Of a stretch of 64,000 nucleotides of DNA, positions 19,554 to 29,521 are shown piece by piece. The notes below the pieces were generated by a model. It was not told where the DNA came from. It searched no databases and worked only from the letters and a program-made list of their open reading frames with translations. Source of the stretch: Candidatus Binatia bacterium (GTDB taxonomy: Bacteria; Desulfobacterota; Binatia; UBA9968; CAXXLF01); the NCBI GenBank assembly GCA_963664015.2, contig CAXXLF010000002.1:2048001-2112000 (forward strand). The letters are read 5' to 3'. The translations under genes were made by a program, and so were the position numbers. How positions within the stretch are numbered: the first letter of the stretch is position 1; each line of letters opens with the position of its first letter.

Positions 19554-20375
19554 ATGCTTCAGATTCCAAACAATGTAGAACTGCTCAAACGGATACTCAC
19601 CTTGTTTATCCGTAACGAAGTGAAAAAAGTTGGGCTCCATCGGGTTGTCGTTGGCTTATCGGGAGGTGTCGACTCCAGTCTGAGCGCCATGTTAGCGGCC
19701 GAGGCCCTGGGGGCCGATCATGTCCTGGGCGTTATGATGCCCTACAAGAGCTCCAACGAGGAAAGCCGGGCTCATGCCGAGTTGGTTGTCGAGAAAAGCG
19801 GCATTGAGTCGGTCGTGGTCGATATTACACCTCAGGTCGACGCTTACTTTGACTTGGTTACGGACGCGGATCCCAGGCGGCGGGGCAACAAAATGGCCCG
19901 TGAGCGAATGACAATCCTTTATGATCACTCGGCACGTTGGAACGCCCTGGTCCTCGGTACGAGCAACAAGACCGAATTGCTCTTGGGCTACGGGACCCTC
20001 TACGGCGACATGGCCTCCGCCATCAATCCTCTGGGAGACCTCTATAAGGCTCAGGTCTGGGCCCTGGCCCAGTACGTCGGGGTTCCCGACGTCATTGTCC
20101 AAAAGAAACCCTCCGCGGATCTATGGGTAGGGCAAACCGACGAAGCCGAATTGGGCTTTAGTTATTCGGAGGTGGACGGCCTTCTGTTTCTCATGGTCGA
20201 TGAGCGTTACTCGCGCCAGGAGCTGATCGACGCGGATTATTCGGAAGGCTTCGTCGATGAAGTGACCCGACGCATTATGAATTCCCAGTTCAAACGTCGC
20301 TTGCCGGTCATTGCCAAGATCTCGCATCGCACCATCGACCATGACTTCCGCTACGCTCGGGATTGGGGAAAATAG
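19554..20375 (+). CDS. nadE: NAD+ synthetase (synthetase domain only)
   Basis: [45 protein letters not shown]. Confidence 0.95.
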   Translation: MLQIPNNVELLKRILTLFIRNEVKKVGLHRVVVGLSGGVDSSLSAMLAAEALGADHVLGVMMPYKSSNEESRAHAELVVEKSGIESVVVDITPQVDAYFDLVTDADPRRRGNKMARERMTILYDHSARWNALVLGTSNKTELLLGYGTLYGDMASAINPLGDLYKAQVWALAQYVGVPDVIVQKKPSADLWVGQTDEAELGFSYSEVDGLLFLMVDERYSRQELIDADYSEGFVDEVTRRIMNSQFKRRLPVIAKISHRTIDHDFRYARDWGK

Positions 20376-20379
20376 GCAG

Positions 20380-20523
20380 GGCCAGAAGTCAGAGGTCGGA
20401 GGTCAGAGATCAGAGTGGGGAGCAGACTGCTGATTTGGGATCTTTGACCGCTTCAGCCGAATCCTCCTGAGACGGGCCCGCGTTAGGAGGGGGCTGATCA
20501 GCCTCAGGCTTAGATCTCTGACT
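20380..20523 (+). repeat. Intergenic element family C, copy 2, with a 30-bp nested hairpin
   Basis: Same ends as 12665-12762; extra TCCTCCTGAGACGGGCCCGCGTTAGGAGGG at 20462-20491. Confidence 0.8.
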
Positions 20524-20544
20524 TCACTATTGGGTTATGACTAT

Positions 20545-21402
20545 ATGTCCGGTACTCTCTACATAGTTGCGACTCCCATCGGAAATCTGGAAGATATCAC
20601 CTTACGGGCGCTGCGGATCCTCAAGGAGGTGGACCTCATTGCCGCAGAAGATACCCGCCACACGAAAAAGCTTCTCGCCCATTATGGAATTCACACGCCT
20701 TTAACGAGCTACCACGAGCACAATGAGAGAACCAAGGCCAAACCACTGATCCGCCGTCTCCAGGAAGGGAACTCCGTTGCGCTTGTCTCCGACGCGGGGA
20801 CTCCGCTGCTGGCGGATCCCGGGTTTCGCCTGGTCCAGGAGGCGAACGGTGCCGGCGTCCGGGTGGTCCCCATACCGGGACCGTCGGCCTTGACCGCGGT
20901 CCTGAGTGCCGGCGGACTTACTACGGATTCCTTTTCATTCGAAGGCTTTCTCCCCGCCAAGAAGGCCGCTCGACGAGAAAAATTGCTGCAGCATCGGGAT
21001 GAGACGTGGACACGGATCTTCTACGAAGTCCCACACCGCCTGCGGGCGTCGCTGCAAGACCTCTGGGATATCCTGGGTGATCGGGAAATCGTGCTCGGAA
21101 GAGAGGTTACCAAAATTCACGAAGAGCTCCTTCGAGGCCGTGTAAGCGAAATCATGGCTGAGACCGAATGCAGAGATTGGCGTGGTGAGATCACTCTGCT
21201 AATTGGTGCCGACAAAAGGGATAGGCACGAAGGCAGTGATAGAGACAGGGACAGAGAATTGAGGTTGGAGATTCAGAGACTCAGAGGTGAGGGAAGGCAC
21301 GTGAAAGAGATTGCTGAACTGCTAGGGGATAAATTTTCCGTTCCGAAGAGGGAAGTTTATCGGCTGGCTTTGGAAGGCGAAGGACAAAAAGAAGGTAATT
21401 AG
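20545..21402 (+). CDS. rsmI: 16S rRNA C1402 2'-O-methyltransferase
   Basis: LYIVATPIGNLEDITLRAL, AEDTRHT, LVSDAGTP, REVTKIHEE. Confidence 0.95.
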   Translation: MSGTLYIVATPIGNLEDITLRALRILKEVDLIAAEDTRHTKKLLAHYGIHTPLTSYHEHNERTKAKPLIRRLQEGNSVALVSDAGTPLLADPGFRLVQEANGAGVRVVPIPGPSALTAVLSAGGLTTDSFSFEGFLPAKKAARREKLLQHRDETWTRIFYEVPHRLRASLQDLWDILGDREIVLGREVTKIHEELLRGRVSEIMAETECRDWRGEITLLIGADKRDRHEGSDRDRDRELRLEIQRLRGEGRHVKEIAELLGDKFSVPKREVYRLALEGEGQKEGN

Positions 21403-21851
21403 CTGGTCGCGGCAATGACGAAGGGTAAATTGACAAAATTTGATTAGGCATTATCGGGTACTCAAAAGTGATTCGTTACGTAATCCTAATCACTCCAGCA
21501 ACAATAACCTTATTTCCCTTACTTATGGCCGAAGCCATTCGTGGTCTCAGGCTTAGCGGGACGATTTTCGCTCGAAACAAGCTTTTTGCGATTATTGTAG
21601 CTATTTCAGGTCTTGCGTTTCTTATGGAAATTGCCGCGGGGGAAAACTCAATCTTCTACAATAAGGATCTGATTTTTCCAATTCTAGGTGGCCTTTGATT
21701 TAAAAGATCAGAGCCGTTTGTGAATTGACTAAAGACGGAGATAATAAGATCATAGTCTAAGGAAGCCACGCCTGTTGATCTTCAGTGTTCGCAACGGACA
21801 TCGCGCGGTAGTGAGGTACCGTTAGCCATCTAATGTAAATCAAGCCAAACA

Positions 21852-22600
21852 ATGGAACATCCCCATTATGGCTATCGTGTCGTCGGAGCAGGCCCAAGTG
21901 GGCTGACATTAGCCAATAAATTATTACAGAAGCAGCGAAAAGTCCTTGTCCTGGAGCGTGATCCGCGAGTTGGGGGGGGGGTAGTCAAGAGCCACAATCA
22001 TGATGGGCAAATATTCGATACCGGGCCCAAACGGTTCCATACGGGTGATCCCATTGTTATGAATTGTATCAATGAAATTATAAAAGGCGATGCGCTGCGT
22101 ATCAGGCGCTCAGCAAAGGTCTATTTTTTTAAAGAGGTGTTTCGAGTGGCCGCAGCAATCGAAAGACCTACGGAAGCTGTCTATTCGGACCTCAATAAAA
22201 TGCGCTTAGGATCTTTTGAAATATAGAAGAATCATCGACAAAGACTCATTCCGTGATTACATTCATTCGAAATGTGGGGGAACGCTGTACGCTGCCTCCT
22301 TATGAGGCGTACACGGGGAAATTCCTCCGCTGGGATCCTGAAGGTATACATTCTGATTGGGCAAGTACGGGAATCAATCGATCAACGATTGATAAAAGAA
22401 TAAGTGCCAATACCCTTTCGGATATTTTGAAGGGGTTAATGCTTCCGGAAAAAGTAGAGGCCTAATCCTGGTAGCCGAGCGAAGGAGGATTTGGCGGTTT
22501 TTACGAAAAGTTATATTCGTTATGCAAAAGCCATGATAATTTCCAAATCCTTTTCAACGATACCGTCGCAGCGCTTGAAGACCGCCCGCATCCTCCTTAA
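21852..22600 (+). pseudogene. Degraded FAD/NAD(P)-dependent oxidoreductase (Glf/HemY-like)
   Basis: VVGAGPSGLTLA Rossmann motif, LERDPRVGG, FDTGPKRFHT, then YTGKFLRWDPEGIHSDWA in another frame; multiple stops and frameshifts; locally AT-richer. Confidence 0.65.
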
Positions 22601-22870
22601 AGCTAAACGTGACGGTCGGTTCAATGCCCCGCCTTGTGCATCACTCGCCGTGCCCAATCAAGTATTGACTTTCCCCTGAGGATAGCCAGATATGAAAGTT
22701 TGCAAGTGTTGGTATGCGCGAGAGCGACCAGGGGGGTACCAAGAGAGAGGTTTGCTGCTTGGCCCTGGAAACCGGAAGGAAAAAAGAAGGATAATGAATC
22801 CAAAGTTAATCAGCCAAGATGATGACCGGGTCGGGCCCGTAGCCTAAACTCCCCAGCGGATAATCGGACC

Positions 22871-23761
22871 ATGGAACAACGAAAATGTTTTCACCATACC
22901 TTTAATGATGAATTCGGGCGGATGAAGGTGGCGTTGTCCGCCTCCCCAGTAAACCATGGGAGTAAGCTCGTTGTGGCTTCATTTGTGATCGTGGCCTTCG
23001 CAGCCATGCTGCTTGGAACGGGCATGACCTCAAGGGCCGCTACGAATCAAGTCCAGGAACTGTCGGTTGCGGCTGCGGCCAGCCTTAGATTCGCTATGGC
23101 CCATCTGGTGGATCGCTTCGAGCACCGGAATGCGGATGTCCGGGTCAAGGTCACCTACGGATCCAGCGGCCATTTCTTCGCCATGCTATCACAGCGGGCG
23201 CCGTTCGACATCTTTTTCTCGGCGGATATCGACTATCCCGGTCGGCTGGTTGTGAAAGAGTATGCCATTCAGGGGGCGCCCTTCCTCTATGCAATAGGCC
23301 GTGCCGTGATCTGGGTACGGGCGGATTCGCCGGTGTCGGTGGAGTCGCTTGGAATTCACTCTTTGCTTGTCCCATCGATCCGAAAGATCGCCATCGCCAA
23401 TCCCAGGCATGCGCCTTACGGTAGGGCAGCCCGGTCGGCCCTGAAAAGCCTGGGTGTCTATAAAGAGGTACAATCAAAATTGGTCTACGGAGAAAACGTC
23501 GCCCAGGCGACACACTTCGTCAAGACGGGGTCTGCCGATATCGGTATGATTGCCCTATCTCTCGCCCTTGCCCCCCCCTTGGCTAAGAAGGGCCGTTATT
23601 GGGAGCTGCCTTCCGATACCTATCCACCAATCGAACACAGCGGGGTGATCCTTCACTGGGCTAAAAATCCGGACCCCGCAGAGCGGTTTCGTCGTTTTGT
23701 TTTGGGGACCGAGGGTAGGACGGTCTTCAAAAAGTACGGTTATATGCTACCGGGAGAGTAA
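22871..23761 (+). CDS. modA: Molybdate ABC transporter substrate-binding protein
   Basis: VAAAASL, YGSSG, PFDIFFSAD, IANPRHAPYGRAA, GENVAQA. True start may lie further downstream. Confidence 0.9.
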   Translation: MEQRKCFHHTFNDEFGRMKVALSASPVNHGSKLVVASFVIVAFAAMLLGTGMTSRAATNQVQELSVAAAASLRFAMAHLVDRFEHRNADVRVKVTYGSSGHFFAMLSQRAPFDIFFSADIDYPGRLVVKEYAIQGAPFLYAIGRAVIWVRADSPVSVESLGIHSLLVPSIRKIAIANPRHAPYGRAARSALKSLGVYKEVQSKLVYGENVAQATHFVKTGSADIGMIALSLALAPPLAKKGRYWELPSDTYPPIEHSGVILHWAKNPDPAERFRRFVLGTEGRTVFKKYGYMLPGE

Positions 23762-23765
23762 TTCG

Positions 23766-24428
23766 TTGGATTGGACAGCGCTTTGGTTGACCTTGAAGTT
23801 GGCCGTGGGAACAACTGCCATTCTACTTGTAGTTGGCCTGCCTTTGGCCTATTGGCTGGCGACGACTCGAAGCAAGGCGGCTCCTGTCGTTGAGACCCTG
23901 GTTGCCTTACCCACGGTCTTGCCGCCTACGGTTGCAGGCTTTTACTTCCTTTTAGCCGCCGGGCCCGATACCTTGCTTGGACAAGGCTATCAAACCCTGA
24001 CCGGCGGTCTGCTGCCCTTTACCTTTGAGGGAATCCTGTTCGCCTCGGTCCTGTTTAATTTGCCCTTTGCGGTTAGGCCCTTCACGTCGGCGATGGGGGC
24101 AGTGAACCGCACACTGGTGGAGGCCTCATGGTGCCTGGGTGTCTCACGCCTAGGTACTTTCTTCCGGGTTGTCATCCCCCTGTCCTGGGCGGGAATCCTG
24201 ACCGGATTCATTCTCTCCTTTACTCACACCATTGGTGAATTTGGTGTCGTGCTCATGGTGGGCGGTAACATTCCCGGTGTAACACGGACTCTCTCCGTTG
24301 CCATTTACGACGACGTACAGGCCCTCGATTATGACGGGGCTGCGCGTACGGCCTTGTGGTTGGTCGTCTTCTCATTCGTTGCCCTGTCCGTTACCTACAG
24401 TCTGGGCCGGCGGAGATGGTCCATATGA
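23766..24428 (+). CDS. modB: Molybdate ABC transporter permease
   Basis: LPTVLPPTVAGFY, HTIGEFGVVLMVGGNIPGVTRT; TTG start inferred. Confidence 0.9.
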   Translation: MDWTALWLTLKLAVGTTAILLVVGLPLAYWLATTRSKAAPVVETLVALPTVLPPTVAGFYFLLAAGPDTLLGQGYQTLTGGLLPFTFEGILFASVLFNLPFAVRPFTSAMGAVNRTLVEASWCLGVSRLGTFFRVVIPLSWAGILTGFILSFTHTIGEFGVVLMVGGNIPGVTRTLSVAIYDDVQALDYDGAARTALWLVVFSFVALSVTYSLGRRRWSI

Positions 24429-25513
24429 ACGACGGGCTTGTCGCCGAGTTCAAGAAGCAGTTTCCCAAAGGTGCCGAAATCCAGGCCATGCTGCGGCAGC
24501 CTGCCCGAGGTTTTTCCATTACCGTGCTCTTCGGCCCCTCGGGGGGGGGGAAGTCTACGGTCCTCAGGTGCCTGGCCGGGTTGGAACGTCCCGATGAAGG
24601 AGTAATCCAGTTCGAGGGCCAGACATGGTTCGACGGGGCAACCGGGGTATCTTTGTCTCCGCAAAAACGCGATATCGGATTTCTGTTTCAAGAATACGCC
24701 CTGTTCCCCCATATGCGTGTGGAGGCCAATGTGGGCTATGGCCTGACCGAAATTCCCAAAGTGGAGCGGCGGCGCAAAGTGGCTGAAATGCTCGATATCT
24801 TTGGACTCACCGGCATGGAGCAGCGGTATCCCCATCAAATATCCGGTGGCCAGCAGCAGCGGGTCGCACTGGCGAGAGTCCTGGTGCGCCGTCCCCGCCT
24901 TCTGCTATTAGATGAACCCTTTTCAGCATTGGACGCGACGCTCAGGGAGGAGATCCGTCCGGAGCTTAGACGAATCCTGGCCCGTTTTGCCGTTCCAGTT
25001 TTGCTGGTAACCCACGAACGCTCGGAAGTCATTTCCCTGGCTGATCGAGTGGCCATCGTCGATGGGGGACAGATTCGGCAGACGGGAGCGGTTCATGAGG
25101 TTTTTAATCGACCGGCGGATACGTCGGTGGCGAGAATCGTCGGTATGGAGACCGTTGTCCCAGGGAAAGTAGTTAAGGCCGAGGACGGTCTTGTCAGCGT
25201 GGCCATCTCAGAATGCGAACTGACCGCCGTCTCTACCATAAAGGTCGGTAGTGAAGTTGAGGTATGCATTCGTGCCGAAGATGTCATCCTTCAGTGCGGG
25301 GATATCCCGGCTGCCAGTGCGCGCAATTGCCTGGAGGCACGAGTCGAGGCCGTGACTTCCGCCGGTCCAATGAATCGGGTTTCTCTGGACGCGGGGTTTT
25401 CCCTGACGGCTTTAGTGACTCGTCCCGCCTGCGAGGATCTGAGAATACGACCGGGCGCAAGGCTTATGGCGTTAGTCAAAGCCCCTGCCGTTCATCTAAT
25501 TACCAGGGGTTAA
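24425..25513 (+). CDS. modC: Molybdate ABC transporter ATPase with TOBE domains
   Basis: GPSGGGKST, ISGGQQQRVAL, LLDEPFSALD, SARNCL; ATGA overlap with modB. Confidence 0.9.
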   Translation: MNDGLVAEFKKQFPKGAEIQAMLRQPARGFSITVLFGPSGGGKSTVLRCLAGLERPDEGVIQFEGQTWFDGATGVSLSPQKRDIGFLFQEYALFPHMRVEANVGYGLTEIPKVERRRKVAEMLDIFGLTGMEQRYPHQISGGQQQRVALARVLVRRPRLLLLDEPFSALDATLREEIRPELRRILARFAVPVLLVTHERSEVISLADRVAIVDGGQIRQTGAVHEVFNRPADTSVARIVGMETVVPGKVVKAEDGLVSVAISECELTAVSTIKVGSEVEVCIRAEDVILQCGDIPAASARNCLEARVEAVTSAGPMNRVSLDAGFSLTALVTRPACEDLRIRPGARLMALVKAPAVHLITRG

Positions 25514-25725
25514 ATTTTAACCTTTACAAGAGTTCAAGGAAATTACTTCAACAAAGTTTTTCGCGCCAAGACGCCAAGGCCGCAAAGAAAAATATTCCCT
25601 TATTTTTTCCAAGCTTGGCGTGCTTTGCGTCTTTGCAGCTCGCCCCGTGGAATACCGACTCCACCGAGGTTGACTTGTTCGTCCGAAGCACTATTCCACA
25701 GGGCGAGTCATCTCTTTTTCGATTC
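25510..25725 (-). repeat. Intergenic element family B with nested inverted-repeat element
   Basis: CGCCAAGA-CGCCAAGG-CGCAAAG nonamer-spaced units and their inverse; aligns in reverse with 52021-52148; nested IR CTCGCCCCGTGGAATA (25639-25654) / TATTCCACAGGGCGAG (25692-25707). Confidence 0.8.
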
Positions 25726-25804
25726 TGTAAGGCGATGCAAAAAACGCCCCTGTTCCCAGCTAAGAACTTGCAAATTCAGGACCGCTGGAATAGATAAAAG
25801 GGCC

Positions 25805-26776
25805 ATGGCCCTGCTCCTCAAAGCCAGCGACCTTCGTCCCTTGTTCGAAACTCCTTCCTCCATGGATGCCCTTCTTGAGGGCATCACGGCGGTCATGGGA
25901 AACCTTCAGGCGGGGGAAGGTGTTAACCACCCCGACCTTCGTCTCACATTGGAAGATCATAAGCGAACACTTCGCTTTCTTTCGGCGACGGCCCCAGGGT
26001 GTGGGGTTGGGATGCGCGCGTGGCCACTATTTCCCGGGGCACAAGATGCCAATTTCATTCTCCTCTTTGACGGTGCCACTGGTAGCTTCCAGGCCTTGGT
26101 TGCGGGCGGCGAAATAAACGTCTGGCGTACGGGGGCCCCGGCAGGAGTCGCTTGCCGTTTCCTTGGGCGGAAAAATGCAAAGAGGGTTGGCCTTCTGGGA
26201 AGCGGACGCCAGGCAAGAGGACAACTCCTCGCGATTTGTAGAGCCATGCCCTCTCTGGAACAGGTCCGAGTCTTCAGCCCTACAGAGGAACATCGCACAC
26301 GTTTCGCAAAAGAAATGAGCGCTTGGCTAGAGGTCGAGGTCGAACCGGTTGGGGACGCACGGGCCGCCGTCGAAGGAGCCGATATCATCGACGTGGCAAC
26401 CAAATCGAGAAACCCGGTACTGGAATCTCAATGGATTTCTCATGGTGCACTTATCATTACCATTGCCAGCGGGCAGATCCCTCCGGAACTCGTTTTGCGC
26501 TCACGGGTCCTGGCCTCCTGGAAGAAAGAGGTCCTGGAAGGTAAGCCGCCCCGTGAACCTTACAAGGCCATGATCGCCGACCAGGTGTGGTCGGCGGATC
26601 AGATCGTCGGTGAACTCGGTGAAGTGATTGCCGGGCATGTAACCGGGCGACGGGATGACAGCGAGGTCGTCATATTCGAAATGCCAGGTGTCCCCATGTG
26701 GGACACCGCAGCGGCGGCGTGGGCATACGGTTGGGCCCTTAAGAACAAGGTGGGAAGCCCCTTCTCACTGATGTAA
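25805..26776 (+). CDS. Ornithine cyclodeaminase/mu-crystallin family protein
   Basis: ILLFDGATG, RTGAPAGVA, GLLGSGRQA, GELGEVIAG, GRRDDSEVVIF. Confidence 0.85.
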   Translation: MALLLKASDLRPLFETPSSMDALLEGITAVMGNLQAGEGVNHPDLRLTLEDHKRTLRFLSATAPGCGVGMRAWPLFPGAQDANFILLFDGATGSFQALVAGGEINVWRTGAPAGVACRFLGRKNAKRVGLLGSGRQARGQLLAICRAMPSLEQVRVFSPTEEHRTRFAKEMSAWLEVEVEPVGDARAAVEGADIIDVATKSRNPVLESQWISHGALIITIASGQIPPELVLRSRVLASWKKEVLEGKPPREPYKAMIADQVWSADQIVGELGEVIAGHVTGRRDDSEVVIFEMPGVPMWDTAAAAWAYGWALKNKVGSPFSLM

Positions 26777-26804
26777 GAGGTTTCGAGGTTAACTTTGGTG
26801 ATCC

Positions 26805-27323
26805 TTGCCGGTGAAAGAGCCAGCGCCGGTCGGCTACGGTTCGTTCATGGATTGGGTCGACGCTTTCAGGAGGAATGGCTTGACGGAAGCAAATGAAGAG
26901 TTAAGGGCCACCGGTATTATTGAAGAGATCAAACGGGCGGAAATCCGGTTCGTCGTTGCCCTTCCGGACCGCACGACCAGCCACCACTTGTTGAAAGGCC
27001 TCTCCCAGGATTCTGCCCTACGGCTCGTGAAGGTGTGCAAGGAAGACGAAGGTATCTCCATCTGCAGCGGGATTTACTGTTGTGGACACCGCGCCCTACT
27101 TTTAATTCAATATACGGGCCTGCTGGGCAAGGAACCGGGTCTGCCGCCTACCCAGTCGGGACGCTACGGACTTAGGATCGTGGAGCCGGTACTCGATGCC
27201 ATGGAGATCGAGCACCACATGATTGAGACACCCGAGGACACAAGTAAGATCGTGCCGGCCGTGAAACGTGCATACGACCTGGCCATGCCGGTGGTGATGC
27301 TCATAGGAAGGGAGCCCCATTAG
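26805..27323 (+). pseudogene. ComD-like TPP decarboxylase alpha subunit, probable internal deletion
   Basis: FVVALPD, VCKEDEGISICSG, LLIQYTGLL joined directly to GKEPG, PVVMLIGR. Start uncertain. Confidence 0.6.
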
Positions 27324-27325
27324 CG

Positions 27326-27893
27326 ATGATGAAACGGGACGAGTGCCTGAAGGTTTTCGCGCAGCATAGGAGCGATGAAATCGTTGTGGCGGTCTATTCG
27401 GCGGCTCAAGAGTGGGTTCACATCTCTCCAAACGAACTCAACTACACTTTTACCGGGGCCATGGGGCAGGGATCCTCTCATGGCCTGGGATTGGCTTTCG
27501 GCCGCCCCGACATGCGTGTCATTATCCTGGATGGGGACGGCAGCTTGCTGATGAACCCGGGCTCATTGGTCACTATTGCCAACGCAGCCCCCCGTAACCT
27601 GATTCATTGTGTTTGTGAAAATGGCACCTACTGAAACCAATGGCAGTGTGTCTATCCCGGGAGTTGGGAGGCTCAGCTTTGCCGGGATGGCCCGGGAAGC
27701 GGGTTACTCTCGGGCTTATGAATTCGACAACCTGGAAGATAGGGATCGTGGACTGGAGCAGATTTTACATGATGAGGGTCCTGTCCTTGTCGACCTGAAG
27801 GTCGAGCCCGGCGAACGGTATCCTGAAGATTTCAGGCGCCTCTATAGCGTGAAGCTTAGAGATGCCTTTCGCCAGGCCCTTTCCAAGCGGTAA
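27326..27893 (+). pseudogene. ComE-like TPP decarboxylase beta subunit, frameshifted
   Basis: GAMGQGSSHGLG, DGDGSLLMN TPP motif; an extra base at TAC-T-GAA near 27632 breaks NGTYETNG. Confidence 0.75.
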
Positions 27894-28033
27894 CCCTTTC
27901 TATTCCTTTCGCCTCCCGTGATTAGATCGCAGTTCCAGGATTCGGTATCCAGTCCTTCAGCTTGTATTCGAGGCAACAATCGTCTATCCGACGATTTACA
28001 AAGAATTTTCACACCCGCAAAAATGGGTGGCCC

Positions 28034-28050
28034 TGCCCAATAAAAGGGCA
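28034..28050. promoter_or_regulatory. NtrC-like enhancer site
   Basis: 17-bp dyad TGCCC-AATAAAA-GGGCA, resembling TGCAC-N7-GTGCA, 115 bp upstream of the sigma54 site. Confidence 0.65.
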
Positions 28051-28165
28051 CGGGATGATTAGATTATAGGCGTTCGGGAATCCGGCCCTTCGTCTTCGTG
28101 GTGGGTGGTCGTCAAACCCCTTGCTACTTCAGGGAGATCCGAAGATTCGATAACTGTCAAATCAA

Positions 28166-28181
28166 TGGCATGCGGTTTGCT
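28166..28181 (+). promoter_or_regulatory. Sigma54 (-24/-12) promoter of the urt-ure operon
   Basis: TGGCAT-GCGGT-TTGCT fits TGGCAC-N5-TTGCW; 44 nt upstream of the urtA start. Confidence 0.85.
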
Positions 28182-28225
28182 TCTATACGATAGCTCAGGG
28201 GAAATTTTGTACTTTGGAGGTTCCG

Positions 28226-29512
28226 ATGATGAAAGACTTAGTAAAACATGTTTTTGGGGTTGCAGCCGTTGCGGCCGTTTTGGGTCTTTGGGTCTTAAAC
28301 GCTCAGGCGGCAGAGACCATCAAGGTGGGTGTGCTCCATTCGCTATCCGGTACCATGGCGATCAGCGAAACGACATTGAAGGACACGGTCCTGATGATGG
28401 TCGATGACCTGAATAAGCGCGGCGGTCTCCTCGGTAAAAAGGTTGAGGCGGTAGTTGTAGACCCGGCCTCGAACTGGCCACTGTTCGCCGAAAAGGCGAG
28501 AGGACTCATTTCGAAGGAAAAAGTTGATGTTGTTTTCGGCTGCTGGACTTCGGTATCGCGCAAGTCTGTGCTGCCCGTATTCGAAGAGCTAAACGGCCTG
28601 TTGTTCTATCCCGTCCAGTATGAAGGCGAGGAGAGCTCACGTAACGTCTTTTACACCGGTGCGGCGCCGAACCAGCAAGCCATCCCGGCGGTGCAATACC
28701 TGATGGGCGAAGACGGCGGGAATGCGAAACGCTGGGTGCTGGTCGGTACCGACTATGTTTACCCACGCACCACGAATAAAATCCTCGAAGCCTTTCTCAA
28801 ATCGAAGGGTGTGAAGTCCAAAGACATTATGATCAACTACACACCCTTCGGCCACTCCGACTGGCAGACCATCGTGGCGGATATCAAGAAGTTCGCTTCC
28901 GCCGGCAAAAAAACGGCCGTCATCTCCACGATCAACGGCGATGCCAACGTGCCCTTCTACAAGGAACTGGCCAATCAGGGAATCAAGGCGGAGGATATCC
29001 CGGTTGTGGCCTTTTCCGTTGGTGAGGAGGAGCTTGCCGGTATCGACACGAAAAACCTGGTTGGCCACCTCGCCGCCTGGAATTATTTTCAATCGGTAGA
29101 CTCGTCTACGAACAAGCCCTTCATCAAGAAGTGGCATGCCTTTATTAAGAACCCGAAGCGTGTGACCAACGACCCCATGGAGGCGACTTTCATCGGCTTC
29201 AAGATGTGGGTTCAGGCGGTGCAACAGGCGGGGACGACGCAGGTGGACGCGGTCCGTCAGGCGATGTACGGACAGAAGGTCAAGTCGCCGAGCGGATTCG
29301 ATATTGTGATGAATACCAACCATCACCTGTCGAAGCCGGTCATGATCGGCGAGATCCAGCCCGATGGTCAGTTCGAAATCGTCTGGCAGACCAGTAAGCC
29401 GATCAAGGCCGATGCCTGGAGCCCTTACCTTCCTGAGAGTGCGAAGCTGACGGCGAATTGGGCCTATCCGTGGGTCTGCGGAAACTGCAAGAAACCCAGG
29501 TTTGACCAGTAG
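28226..29512 (+). CDS. urtA: Urea ABC transporter substrate-binding protein
   Basis: IKVGVLHSLSGTMAISE, DPASNWPLFAEKA, FGCWTSVSRK, GAAPNQQ, TNDPMEA; GGAGG RBS. Confidence 0.97.
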   Translation: MMKDLVKHVFGVAAVAAVLGLWVLNAQAAETIKVGVLHSLSGTMAISETTLKDTVLMMVDDLNKRGGLLGKKVEAVVVDPASNWPLFAEKARGLISKEKVDVVFGCWTSVSRKSVLPVFEELNGLLFYPVQYEGEESSRNVFYTGAAPNQQAIPAVQYLMGEDGGNAKRWVLVGTDYVYPRTTNKILEAFLKSKGVKSKDIMINYTPFGHSDWQTIVADIKKFASAGKKTAVISTINGDANVPFYKELANQGIKAEDIPVVAFSVGEEELAGIDTKNLVGHLAAWNYFQSVDSSTNKPFIKKWHAFIKNPKRVTNDPMEATFIGFKMWVQAVQQAGTTQVDAVRQAMYGQKVKSPSGFDIVMNTNHHLSKPVMIGEIQPDGQFEIVWQTSKPIKADAWSPYLPESAKLTANWAYPWVCGNCKKPRFDQ

Positions 29513-29521
29513 GCAACCGAT

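Noticed and set aside
22680-22870. Moco riboswitch or ModE box upstream of modA
   Set aside because: No recognisable consensus elements were found by eye.
27632-27634. TGA in the comE-like gene as selenocysteine
   Set aside because: The protein continues in a different frame, so it is a frameshift.
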